Source: a virus (Duplodnaviria > Caudoviricetes). Taken from it: a stretch of DNA of 53,386 bases. The stretch lies in IMG/VR virus record IMGVR_UViG_3300040807_002454, positions 1 to 53,386 of that record; one strand, given 5' to 3'. The first letter of the stretch is position 1. Each line of letters opens with the position of its first letter. The position numbers and the translations under genes are program-made. Shown here in pieces: positions 28,325-36,633 of this stretch. The notes beneath the pieces are model-generated. The model saw nothing but the letters and a program-made list of their open reading frames with translations. It ran no database searches and was not told the origin of the DNA.

Positions 28325-28737
28325 GTCTTTAAATGGTCTGTTTACCCTCGGGAGAGAAGGTCAGAAACCCTAAAGATAAGTAGCAAGGGAACTTTACATA
28401 TCCTGGATGACTTTTCATTGAGATATTTATAGTGTACTACCCACCAGTCTATAAACTGAAAGATGATGATTCTGGTAGAGGAAAGTGGTAGTTTCTAAGG
28501 GATGTTCTTAGAAGGTAAGGTATTAAGGAGGTTAACAACTTCTTAGCTAGACGCCATTATAAGTATTGATAAACTTTACTAAGTATTTACTTAGGATAGT
28601 GTGATAAACTAAATTAATTCAAAGTGGTAATCTTTGTCTATAGGGTCTCCTATAAACTAAAGATTCTCACGAATCTTTCTATGGGATTAATTTTAAAGTA
28701 TATAAGAATTAATGCTAACACCCGAGCTATATTATTT
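28325..28737 (+). ncRNA. putative stand-alone ~420-nt ncRNA
   Basis: No ORF of 60 aa or more; many hairpins; lies between a promoter-like element and a strong terminator. Confidence 0.4.
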
Positions 28738-28770
28738 AAGCAACTTTATTAATTTAAGGTTGCTTTTTTT
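28738..28770 (+). terminator. intrinsic terminator
   Basis: AAGCAACTTTA / TAAGGTTGCTT stem followed by T7. Confidence 0.8.
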
Positions 28771-28778
28771 ATTTAAAT

Positions 28779-28815
28779 TAAACAAGTAGTTATAAACAAG
28801 TAGTTAAACAAGTAG
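28779..28815 (+). repeat. 3x TAAACAAGTAG direct repeat
   Basis: Copies at 28779, 28793 and 28805, ending 2 nt before ATG 28818. Confidence 0.9.
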
Positions 28816-28817
28816 AT

Positions 28818-29162
28818 ATGAAAACAGAATGGCAAGAGATCGCTAAGAGAGTAGCTAAGAATTTAGATATACCAGAGAAGGAGGTTATAGATGAGATTAA
28901 AGAGTATACAAAACATTTAAGAGAAGGGATAAGAAAGTTAAAGAAAGTAGACTTTGACTTCTATATGGTAGGAAAATTAAAACCTTCTTCTAAACGTGTC
29001 AATGAGTTTTATAATAAACATACGTATTATAGGGAACATTATAAACCATCTAAGATAGAAAAGGAGAGGCAAGATGTTTTCTTTAATTTCTTTGAACGTT
29101 GGGAGGCTTTAATGAAAAAGGGACGATGGAAAGTCAAAGGACAGTTTAATCCATTTAAATGA
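28818..29162 (+). CDS. HU/IHF-like DNA-binding protein
   Basis: IAKRVAKNLDIPEKEV helix pair followed by F.F..VGKL, typical of crAss IHF-like proteins. Confidence 0.6.
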   Translation: MKTEWQEIAKRVAKNLDIPEKEVIDEIKEYTKHLREGIRKLKKVDFDFYMVGKLKPSSKRVNEFYNKHTYYREHYKPSKIEKERQDVFFNFFERWEALMKKGRWKVKGQFNPFK

Positions 29163-29212
29163 AAGTTATCCACAAATAATATTTATTATTACTTATAATT
29201 CAATTATAGTAG

Positions 29213-29220
29213 TAGTTTTG
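29213..29220 (+). promoter_or_regulatory. Bacteroidota sigma-A -7 element
   Basis: TAGTTTTG matches TAnnTTTG, 17 nt before ATG 29238. Confidence 0.5.
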
Positions 29221-29237
29221 TCAAAACAAATAGAAGT

Positions 29238-30059
29238 ATGTTAAAAGATTATTCAGAATGTACAGTAAAGACTTTAAAGCCTGATAATTCTAAGATAGCT
29301 AGAGCTATAGGCACTAGATCTAAATATTGGCAAGAGGGTCGCACTATATCTGTAAGTTTTATGGGAGGTACCCAACCACAGATAGATTTAGTTAAACAAG
29401 GTATTAGTCAATTAATGGGGTTCATTAATTTACGTTTTGTATATGTGGTAGATCATGGAGACATTAGAATATCATTTGTAGAAGGAGGGGGTTCTTGGAG
29501 TTACTTGGGTACTGATGCTAAGTATGTACCTAAAAGTAGTCCTACAATGAATTTTGGATGGTTACACCCTAGTACTCCTACAGACATAGGTACTGTTAAG
29601 CATGAGTTAACGCATATGATTGGTGCTAATCATGAGCATCAGTTTCCTAATGGTATTACTTTTATTTTAGAAGAGATTAAGAAAGATCTACAGCATTGGA
29701 CAGATCAAGATATAATTAATAATATAATTAGACAGTCTGATCCAAGTAAAGTAGATACTACAGAAGATTTAGATTTAAATAGTATAATGCTTTATGCCTT
29801 TCCTGCTCGATGGAATAAGGAAGGAATCAGTACTAAGGTGAATACTGATTGGTCTCAGGAAGACAGGAAATTCTGGAGTAATATTTATCCTAAAAAAGAT
29901 AAGTATAAAGAAGCTCTTCAACGGGTTTATGCTGATAAAAATATTGTAGACTTATTAAAATCTACTCATACTGCTGTTGCTAATATTTTAGGGGCATCAT
30001 ATGAAGGTAGAGAACAAGAAGTAATTAAAAATATTAAACATGAAATTTCTAAAGCTTGA
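29238..30059 (+). CDS. M12A/astacin-like zinc metalloprotease
   Basis: DIRISF...GSWSYLGT, TMNFGW, HELTHMIGANHEHQ zinc motif, DLNSIMLY Met-turn. Confidence 0.9.
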   Translation: MLKDYSECTVKTLKPDNSKIARAIGTRSKYWQEGRTISVSFMGGTQPQIDLVKQGISQLMGFINLRFVYVVDHGDIRISFVEGGGSWSYLGTDAKYVPKSSPTMNFGWLHPSTPTDIGTVKHELTHMIGANHEHQFPNGITFILEEIKKDLQHWTDQDIINNIIRQSDPSKVDTTEDLDLNSIMLYAFPARWNKEGISTKVNTDWSQEDRKFWSNIYPKKDKYKEALQRVYADKNIVDLLKSTHTAVANILGASYEGREQEVIKNIKHEISKA

Positions 30060-30270
30060 TGCATTATCAAAGCAGCCTAGATTAAAAGCTGATGACTCTG
30101 CGACTTTAACATTTAGTACTATGTATGAACTTTCGCAAGAAGATTTTACTATGTTAAATGATTGGAGCTATGAGAAAGAAGAAGTTAAAGTTATAGCTGT
30201 AAAGGAGGATGACTATATTGATTTCATTCTATCAGAGGCTAAAAAATTAACCACTAATATTACGGTATGA
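30040..30270 (+). CDS. hypothetical protein
   Basis: Overlap-coupled ORF. Confidence 0.55.
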   Translation: MKFLKLDALSKQPRLKADDSATLTFSTMYELSQEDFTMLNDWSYEKEEVKVIAVKEDDYIDFILSEAKKLTTNITV

Positions 30271-30593
30271 TTTTCGAGATTCCTATTTATGTAATGAAGT
30301 ATGACATAACCTCAGAGGCTCCAACTCATGTAGATGATTATACGTCTATACTTAAGGTATTTACAGAAATGATATCTAATTGGGCGGAGTTAAAGAATGA
30401 AGAGTCATCTCATACTTTTTTAGAAGAAGATAATGCAAATTCAATGACACAGTTAACTATAGGTAATGATGTGTATTTAGTGAATTTGTATACAAAAGAC
30501 TTTGAAGCGTTGTTATTGAAACAAATTAAAGCGTGGAAGGGGCCTTATACAGAAAAGACGTTAGTTTTGAAAAATTATCTAGAAAATATTTGA
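30267..30593 (+). CDS. hypothetical protein
   Basis: ATGA-coupled ORF. Confidence 0.55.
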   Translation: MIFEIPIYVMKYDITSEAPTHVDDYTSILKVFTEMISNWAELKNEESSHTFLEEDNANSMTQLTIGNDVYLVNLYTKDFEALLLKQIKAWKGPYTEKTLVLKNYLENI

Positions 30594-30624
30594 AAATAAT
30601 AATATTTAGTATTATATTATTAGT

Positions 30625-30987
30625 ATGGAACAGTTAGAACAAGAAATTAAACAAGACAATATAAGAATGAGCACTGTTAGAAGTGTCAGTAAGATAGAGT
30701 TAATTAAATTCCAATTGGAATGGATTTTGAGTAATTCTCATGTAGAGATAAATAATACTCAATTACTAACTCTATCTTACGTGTTCTTATATCAGGAAAA
30801 AGCCCCCTTAATGTTAGTTCGAGATGGACATATCAAAAGAGAGAAGTCTATTGAGAATGTTATGAGTAAATTTAGAAAGAGAGGACTTATTCAAGGAAAG
30901 GGACAATCAACACGTCTGCATCCAGGTATAACTCCTACCTTATCTGACATTGATTTCACAATTAAATTTAGGTTAAATGGCAACTAG
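30625..30987 (+). CDS. putative winged-helix protein
   Basis: SIENVMSKFRKRGLI recognition-helix-like segment. Confidence 0.5.
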   Translation: MEQLEQEIKQDNIRMSTVRSVSKIELIKFQLEWILSNSHVEINNTQLLTLSYVFLYQEKAPLMLVRDGHIKREKSIENVMSKFRKRGLIQGKGQSTRLHPGITPTLSDIDFTIKFRLNGN

Positions 30988-31312
30988 TAAAAAATCAGAC
31001 TTTTTCGAGTCTAAAATTGGTAAGACTCAAGGCCTTAGAACAGAAAGTTTCAAATCAGACTTAGGTGTAGCAGGTTGCTTCATTGAGAATGCTGGTGAAG
31101 TCATCCAAACATTTGATGATACCTTTTATGATGTAACAGAAGAAAAGGTAAAAATTAAAGGGGATGATGCTATTAATTTGATTCGTTTGCTTTGGGGTAA
31201 GATTGAAGAATCTTATAGTGAATGTCTAGGTAAACAAGTAGAGATAGAATTTGGAGATTCTGCATCTGCTAATTTATTGGAGACAGTAGTAAAATTCATT
31301 ATTAAAAATTAA
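30977..31312 (+). CDS. hypothetical protein
   Basis: Overlap-coupled ORF. Confidence 0.55.
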   Translation: MATSKKSDFFESKIGKTQGLRTESFKSDLGVAGCFIENAGEVIQTFDDTFYDVTEEKVKIKGDDAINLIRLLWGKIEESYSECLGKQVEIEFGDSASANLLETVVKFIIKN

Positions 31313-31321
31313 GAATTAATT

Positions 31322-31693
31322 ATGAATTTAAAGTTTAATGGGATAGAATTGGAGATTACTAGAGAAAAGGTAATTAATTATCTTTTTGCAAAGTATAATT
31401 CACTTCTATCTCAATTAACGAAACAGGTATTAGGTAGTTCTTGGAGAGATGACCAAGCTAATTGGCGTTTAGAACAAGTAACTAAATTTTCACCTGTATG
31501 TATTGAAAAAGGGTTTTGTATACAATGTGGCTGTGAATGGGCAGATAAAAAGCATTATGAGCAAGAACCTTGTGATAAGAAGTGTTATCCACGATGGCTA
31601 ACTCGCCATGAGTGGGAAGTTCTTCAGACATTGAAGGACGAAACACAGAGATTAGAATTTATCAACCTTATAACAATTAATGACAATGAGTAA
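31322..31693 (+). CDS. Cys-motif (putative zinc-binding) protein
   Basis: C...G.C..CGC.........C...CYP pattern. Confidence 0.6.
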   Translation: MNLKFNGIELEITREKVINYLFAKYNSLLSQLTKQVLGSSWRDDQANWRLEQVTKFSPVCIEKGFCIQCGCEWADKKHYEQEPCDKKCYPRWLTRHEWEVLQTLKDETQRLEFINLITINDNE

Positions 31694-31910
31694 AGTAATT
31701 GGAATGACTCAACCTAATCAAGTGCCTAATCCAACGGCAAATCAAATGCCTAATGTAGATCCTGCTCAGGATGCTATGGCTAGAGCTACACAAATGTTTA
31801 GAGTGCAGTCTTTAGTATTGGCAACGTCTGTATATAATGGGACAGGTGTAGCACCTGCCGAAGTAGAGAAATGTGCAGATTCTTTCTTTAAATATTTAAT
31901 TGGAGCATAA
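31680..31910 (+). CDS. hypothetical protein
   Basis: Overlap-coupled ORF with NQ.PN repeats. Confidence 0.55.
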   Translation: MTMSKVIGMTQPNQVPNPTANQMPNVDPAQDAMARATQMFRVQSLVLATSVYNGTGVAPAEVEKCADSFFKYLIGA

Positions 31911-32188
31911 TGTTACAGTTTGAAAACACTACAGTAGATTTGGGAGTATTTCCTAAGTCTACTGTTATACATTTTGAAGTACCTGGTAAATCTATATCTG
32001 ATAAGGAATTGGATCTAGAGATTAAACCTAGTTGTGGATGTACTAGTGTGAGTAACATTAAAGTAAAGCCTCAATCAGCGTTTAAGATTAAAGGTACTAT
32101 TAGTGGACGGTCTATGTCTGGAGAAAAGAAAATATCAGTTAGACAACCTGAAGTACATGTAATTACCTTAAAGTATACTATCAAATAA
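31910..32188 (+). CDS. DUF1573-like Ig-fold protein
   Basis: DLG...F......L.IKPSCGCT.....V.P signature. Confidence 0.7.
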   Translation: MLQFENTTVDLGVFPKSTVIHFEVPGKSISDKELDLEIKPSCGCTSVSNIKVKPQSAFKIKGTISGRSMSGEKKISVRQPEVHVITLKYTIK

Positions 32189-32217
32189 AGATTAGATAAA
32201 GATTAAATAATGCTTAG

Positions 32218-32418
32218 ATGAAAATCAAGACAAGAAAACAAATGAAGAGGTATCTTAAATATTATGAGCGAATCAATAAAAATTTAAAATATCTCAATAG
32301 ACAAGGCATTAATCCTTTACTACCTGAGTATAGGCTAAAGATCGTTAAGTCAGGAAAGAAAGTATATTTTAAGTTAGAGAAGAGAAATAACCAGTTATTT
32401 TTAATAGGACTTATATGA
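32218..32418 (+). CDS. small basic hypothetical protein
   Basis: ATGA-coupled to the nuclease gene. Confidence 0.45.
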   Translation: MKIKTRKQMKRYLKYYERINKNLKYLNRQGINPLLPEYRLKIVKSGKKVYFKLEKRNNQLFLIGLI

Positions 32419-33281
32419 TTATATATAAAGATGATGACCATACTTATAAGAACAGCTATGGAGATATGTACACCTCTGTTACTACTGTTATAAAAGAATT
32501 TGTACCTGTAGTAGATTGGGTTAAGATGTCAGAAGTGTATTTGAAGAAAAGAACAAATGCACAGGTAGTACTAGATTTAGCGACTAAGTGGGGATTATCT
32601 ACAGACGATATCATTACTAAGTTTGGAGATACTTTTACGCCAGAAAAATTAAGGGGTATATGGAAAGCTGCTGGAACTAGGGCTACTACTGGAGGATCTA
32701 ATTGGCACAACTGGAAAGAGATTCAGGATGCAAAGATGCCTAATACAGTATTAATACCTATGTATGATGGGATTAAAAGTTTTAATCCAGAAAGTATGAA
32801 ACCTAATACTACTTACTTAGAGCCTATACTTAGAGACCATGCTAGTAGATTAGCAGGACAAGCTGATAAGACTATTCTTAAAGAAATCAGCTCTAAGGTT
32901 CGAGATTATAAGACAGTAAATAAAGACTTAGTACCTGATGTAAAAGCTTATTATAAGCCTCAATTACGTAAAAAAGTAGCTCCTACTTTCAAATCACCTT
33001 TGAAGCATCTTAAACATTCTTCCTACTGGGAGTATGCTGTACAACTGTCTTTGTATGGTGTAATGTTATCTGATATTGGGTTTCCACCTGAAGAACTTAT
33101 TATAGATCAAGTTAAGACTGAATGGGTTAAAGAGGAGGATGTTACAAATCATTTTGTAATAGACACTGATGAAGAGATAAATAAAGTTAGGATTGTAACT
33201 GAGGTTATACCTATAGAACTACCTTTTTTAGAAGAAGAAGCTAGGACTATACTTAAGTATAAACGTTCGCAATTAATTTAA
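32415..33281 (+). CDS. PD-(D/E)XK exonuclease
   Basis: H.Y......SVTT, G..WH, E, LAGQAD, DYKT, Y.VQLSLY. Confidence 0.85.
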   Translation: MIIYKDDDHTYKNSYGDMYTSVTTVIKEFVPVVDWVKMSEVYLKKRTNAQVVLDLATKWGLSTDDIITKFGDTFTPEKLRGIWKAAGTRATTGGSNWHNWKEIQDAKMPNTVLIPMYDGIKSFNPESMKPNTTYLEPILRDHASRLAGQADKTILKEISSKVRDYKTVNKDLVPDVKAYYKPQLRKKVAPTFKSPLKHLKHSSYWEYAVQLSLYGVMLSDIGFPPEELIIDQVKTEWVKEEDVTNHFVIDTDEEINKVRIVTEVIPIELPFLEEEARTILKYKRSQLI

Positions 33282-33288
33282 ATAAACA

Positions 33289-33624
33289 ATGAAGCAAGCT
33301 ATTAAAAAAGTTAAGAGTCACGATTATAAAGTCCCTGTATATGATATTACATCAGAGGGACTTGTTAGTATTGGAGAGATTCCATTGAAAATAGTAAAGG
33401 GATCTAAAAATAATGAAGAGAATGATGAATCAAAACAAAAGGGTATAATAGTTGAGAATTTGATAGAACTTTGTATTGACCATTTAATGAGTGTAAATCA
33501 GGGTATTTTATCAACTCGTGATACACTATTAGCAGTAGATTCATTAGAGACAGCATTATTACGTTTAGAGAAGCGCAGTAAGAATCGAAGTAAACGTAAT
33601 GTAATTACTACATATCAGCAGTAA
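33289..33624 (+). CDS. tad1: Tad1-like anti-defence signal-sponge protein
   Basis: KG......Q.GI..E.LI....D.L...N.G..S.RD...A...LE.AL..L..R...R..RNV..T matches the Tad1 family pattern as recalled. Confidence 0.7.
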   Translation: MKQAIKKVKSHDYKVPVYDITSEGLVSIGEIPLKIVKGSKNNEENDESKQKGIIVENLIELCIDHLMSVNQGILSTRDTLLAVDSLETALLRLEKRSKNRSKRNVITTYQQ

Positions 33625-33917
33625 TGTTAGAAGTGAATCATATTGAAATTCTACGATTTATAGAATTAATAAAAGAGTGCTTTCCTAATGCTGAACAGAT
33701 ATGTACACAAGGGTCTTGCATTAGGTTTGCATTACTTTTACAACATCAATATCCTAAAGGAAAGATTTTATACAATATAGATCATGCTATTTTTGAATAT
33801 GAGGGACAGTACTTTGATATAGGAGGTATAGCAATTAAAACTACTCATATCCCTATTGAAGAGTATGGTATATTAGCATTAGATAAACTTTTAAAATTAA
33901 GATATGGCACAGTCTGA
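33624..33917 (+). CDS. hypothetical protein with possible Cys-His-Asp triad
   Basis: TQGSC..FA, DHA, YFDIGG. Confidence 0.5.
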   Translation: MLEVNHIEILRFIELIKECFPNAEQICTQGSCIRFALLLQHQYPKGKILYNIDHAIFEYEGQYFDIGGIAIKTTHIPIEEYGILALDKLLKLRYGTV

Positions 33918-34407
33918 TCACTTTTTTGATCTTGTCAATGATAAGGTGGTATTAAATCCTCATGTTATAAATATACCTGAACTAAAAGAAGTATATACTA
34001 AATATGGAATTCCAGGGATTAACTATGTATATTACATGGCACATCCTGAATCTCCTTATAGAAATTATGAAGAGGATAAGAAACAAGAGGAGGTAAAGAA
34101 AGATCATAAAGGAGATTATAAGCCTGATGATGTTGAAATAGTAAGAGCGATAATAAAAGTGACAGATATTTATTCTACCCCTAAGTTACGTTACTATGAG
34201 GGCCAAAAGGTTATGTTAGATAGGTTAGCTGCTTATTTAAAAAATACACCCTTGGATGATGATAATCAAGATGGTAATTTTGATAAGGTTATAAAGTTAT
34301 TTGAGAAAGGAGATAAGATACTAAGCAGTTTTGATAGTGCAGAAAAAGCTAAAGAGGCTGAACGTAAAGGTAGAGGTAATACAAAATTAGCATATGATCA
34401 AATCTAA
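33904..34407 (+). CDS. conserved pre-terminase protein (possible small terminase subunit)
   Basis: YVYYM....SPY..Y and terminal RG...LAYDQ; located before TerL. Confidence 0.5.
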   Translation: MAQSDHFFDLVNDKVVLNPHVINIPELKEVYTKYGIPGINYVYYMAHPESPYRNYEEDKKQEEVKKDHKGDYKPDDVEIVRAIIKVTDIYSTPKLRYYEGQKVMLDRLAAYLKNTPLDDDNQDGNFDKVIKLFEKGDKILSSFDSAEKAKEAERKGRGNTKLAYDQI

Positions 34408-34621
34408 TTTAATTCAGAGCGTTAATACTACTAGGATAAAAATTCTAGAATCTGTATTAGAAGAGCAAAGTAAAAAGATAGATAATTTAGAAGCTACAGT
34501 AAGTAAACTAGAAGCATGGCAAGAAGAGCAAATGTCCAAGACCTTAAATCAAATATTTTTAAATGGGATAGTAAGAGTAAAATACTTACTAAAGAATCTA
34601 TTACACCTGAAGAAAGACTAG
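34394..34621 (+). CDS. small coiled-coil protein overlapping TerL
   Basis: Heptads LEEQSKKIDNLEATVSKLE. Confidence 0.4.
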   Translation: MIKSNLIQSVNTTRIKILESVLEEQSKKIDNLEATVSKLEAWQEEQMSKTLNQIFLNGIVRVKYLLKNLLHLKKD

Positions 34622-36633
34622 CACTTATTGATAGGGTATATAGGTTACCAGGAGAAATGAATTTAGATGAGAGAATTTCTAGGGCAAACAAAGAAGCTAG
34701 GGATTTTCAAAATAATGGTTACTTCTGTGATAGAGTACCAGGTTCTAGAGATTATAAGATATACTGGGATACTCAAAAGGCACTCATATATGGAGGGCTT
34801 TTAATAGATGATGAATATTATATTACAGGAGATACTTATTGGTATTTGAATTTTGCTGAAATTACGTTTAAGGGCGGTATTACTATGCAACCAGAAATTC
34901 GAGATACGGATATCTGGTTTTTTCAGTTAATAGAAAAGGCGGAGTTACAAAAAGAATTTACAGTTACAGCTAAGGTACGTCAGTTTGGATTTTCTTTAAA
35001 ACTGTTATCTAAATTATTAAAACGATTCTGGTTTGAGCATAAATTTAAGGGAAAATTTTCTGCGTCTGATGATGAATATTTGACATCAGGATGGCAAGTA
35101 TTAGAGGGATATAGAGATTTCTTAAATGCAAATACCGGGTGGCATAGAAACTTAGATCCTTCTGGAAAAGGATATTGGCAGCAACGTTTACAGATGCCTG
35201 ATAAGTCTTACTTAGGAAACTTCTCTACACTTAAAACTGTAAATACAAAGAACAAAGCCTCTCAAATAGTATCAGGAGCTACATCAGAGGCTTTTATAGA
35301 TGAAGCAGGAATTAGTAAAAACTTAGGTGAAGTACTAGGTCTTTTAACACCTGCCTTAATGGATGGAAATATAGTTACAGGTTGTGTACATGTAGGGGGT
35401 GCAGCAGGTAATGTATCTGAGAGTCAACAATTAAAAAGTATTATTTATAATCCTGAAGCTTATAATATGTTGGCGTTACCTAATGTATGGGGTAATAAAC
35501 CACATCAAAAAGTAGGTATATTTGTACCTGCATATTATTCATATGGTAGTTGTAAAGATGAGTTTGGAAATAGCTTAATTGAAGAAGCTAAGATAGCACT
35601 AGAAGAACAGGCTCAAAAGGAGAAGTTAAAATCCTTTGCTGATTATCAGATTTTTAAGGCCCAGTATCCTCAAACATTAGAGGATATGTTCAAAACACGA
35701 TTAGAGAATATATTTCCAACAGAACTTATTGAACCTCATTATGAATGGTTAACACAAAACTATGAGCCCAATGCAGTTACTTTACATCGTAATGAAATAA
35801 AAGTATTTCATAAGTTAGGAAGTAAATATCCTGTAGTAAAAGATTTTCCTGTAAAGCGTAGGACAATAACGCATGGTGCCGTATGTGTAGTAGAACCTCC
35901 ATTATCTAATCCTCCTTTTGGTTTATATTATGCAGGAGTGGATACTGTAACGCCTATTAAAACTACTTCATCGGTATCTCTACAGTCTATTCATATTTAT
36001 AAAGCGTCTCATGAGATTGATGGAGAATATGATCAAGATAAATTAGTAGCTTGGTATACAGGACGTTGTGAGGATCCTTATGAAACATATCAAATAACAC
36101 TAGATTTAATTGAGTGGTATAATGCTAGAGCATGTATAGAGAATAATAATAGAAACTTTATACAATGGATGATAGGCAGAAAGAAAACGGGGTATATGAT
36201 GAAAAAGAATCAGATGCCTTTAATTAAAGATATGGTAGTTAGAGCTTCTACGGATACTTCTGATTATGGTATTACAACTACAACTGAATTTAAGAAGGAT
36301 CTATTTAATATACTAGTAGAATATTGTAGGGAGATTATAGGCTATGAATTTAAAGAGGATGGTACTGAAGTGCCGATATTTGGGGTTACAAGAATAAAAG
36401 ACGAGATGGTTTTAAGAGAGATGTTGGACTTTAATCCTCATCCTAAATTTAACTGTGATAGATTAATTTCATATGGTTTATCCATTTTTGCATCTAAGTC
36501 TAATACTAACCGAGGCATAATAGTTAAGTCTAAAATTAGAGAAGATAACAAAAAAGTTGTAAATTATAGAGAAGAACTCGCAAAAAGTTCTTTACTAAAT
36601 AGAGGCTTTCATAATGTAAAATTAGGATTCTAA
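34516..36633 (+). CDS. terL: terminase large subunit
   Basis: ITGDTYWYLNF, KVRQFGFS (crAss-type Walker A), FIDEAG, YYAGVD nuclease motif, IENN, NCDRL. Confidence 0.9.
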   Translation: MARRANVQDLKSNIFKWDSKSKILTKESITPEERLALIDRVYRLPGEMNLDERISRANKEARDFQNNGYFCDRVPGSRDYKIYWDTQKALIYGGLLIDDEYYITGDTYWYLNFAEITFKGGITMQPEIRDTDIWFFQLIEKAELQKEFTVTAKVRQFGFSLKLLSKLLKRFWFEHKFKGKFSASDDEYLTSGWQVLEGYRDFLNANTGWHRNLDPSGKGYWQQRLQMPDKSYLGNFSTLKTVNTKNKASQIVSGATSEAFIDEAGISKNLGEVLGLLTPALMDGNIVTGCVHVGGAAGNVSESQQLKSIIYNPEAYNMLALPNVWGNKPHQKVGIFVPAYYSYGSCKDEFGNSLIEEAKIALEEQAQKEKLKSFADYQIFKAQYPQTLEDMFKTRLENIFPTELIEPHYEWLTQNYEPNAVTLHRNEIKVFHKLGSKYPVVKDFPVKRRTITHGAVCVVEPPLSNPPFGLYYAGVDTVTPIKTTSSVSLQSIHIYKASHEIDGEYDQDKLVAWYTGRCEDPYETYQITLDLIEWYNARACIENNNRNFIQWMIGRKKTGYMMKKNQMPLIKDMVVRASTDTSDYGITTTTEFKKDLFNILVEYCREIIGYEFKEDGTEVPIFGVTRIKDEMVLREMLDFNPHPKFNCDRLISYGLSIFASKSNTNRGIIVKSKIREDNKKVVNYREELAKSSLLNRGFHNVKLGF

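Noticed and set aside
29166-29174. Perfect DnaA box TTATCCACA
   Set aside because: Single copy with no cluster; not enough to call an origin.
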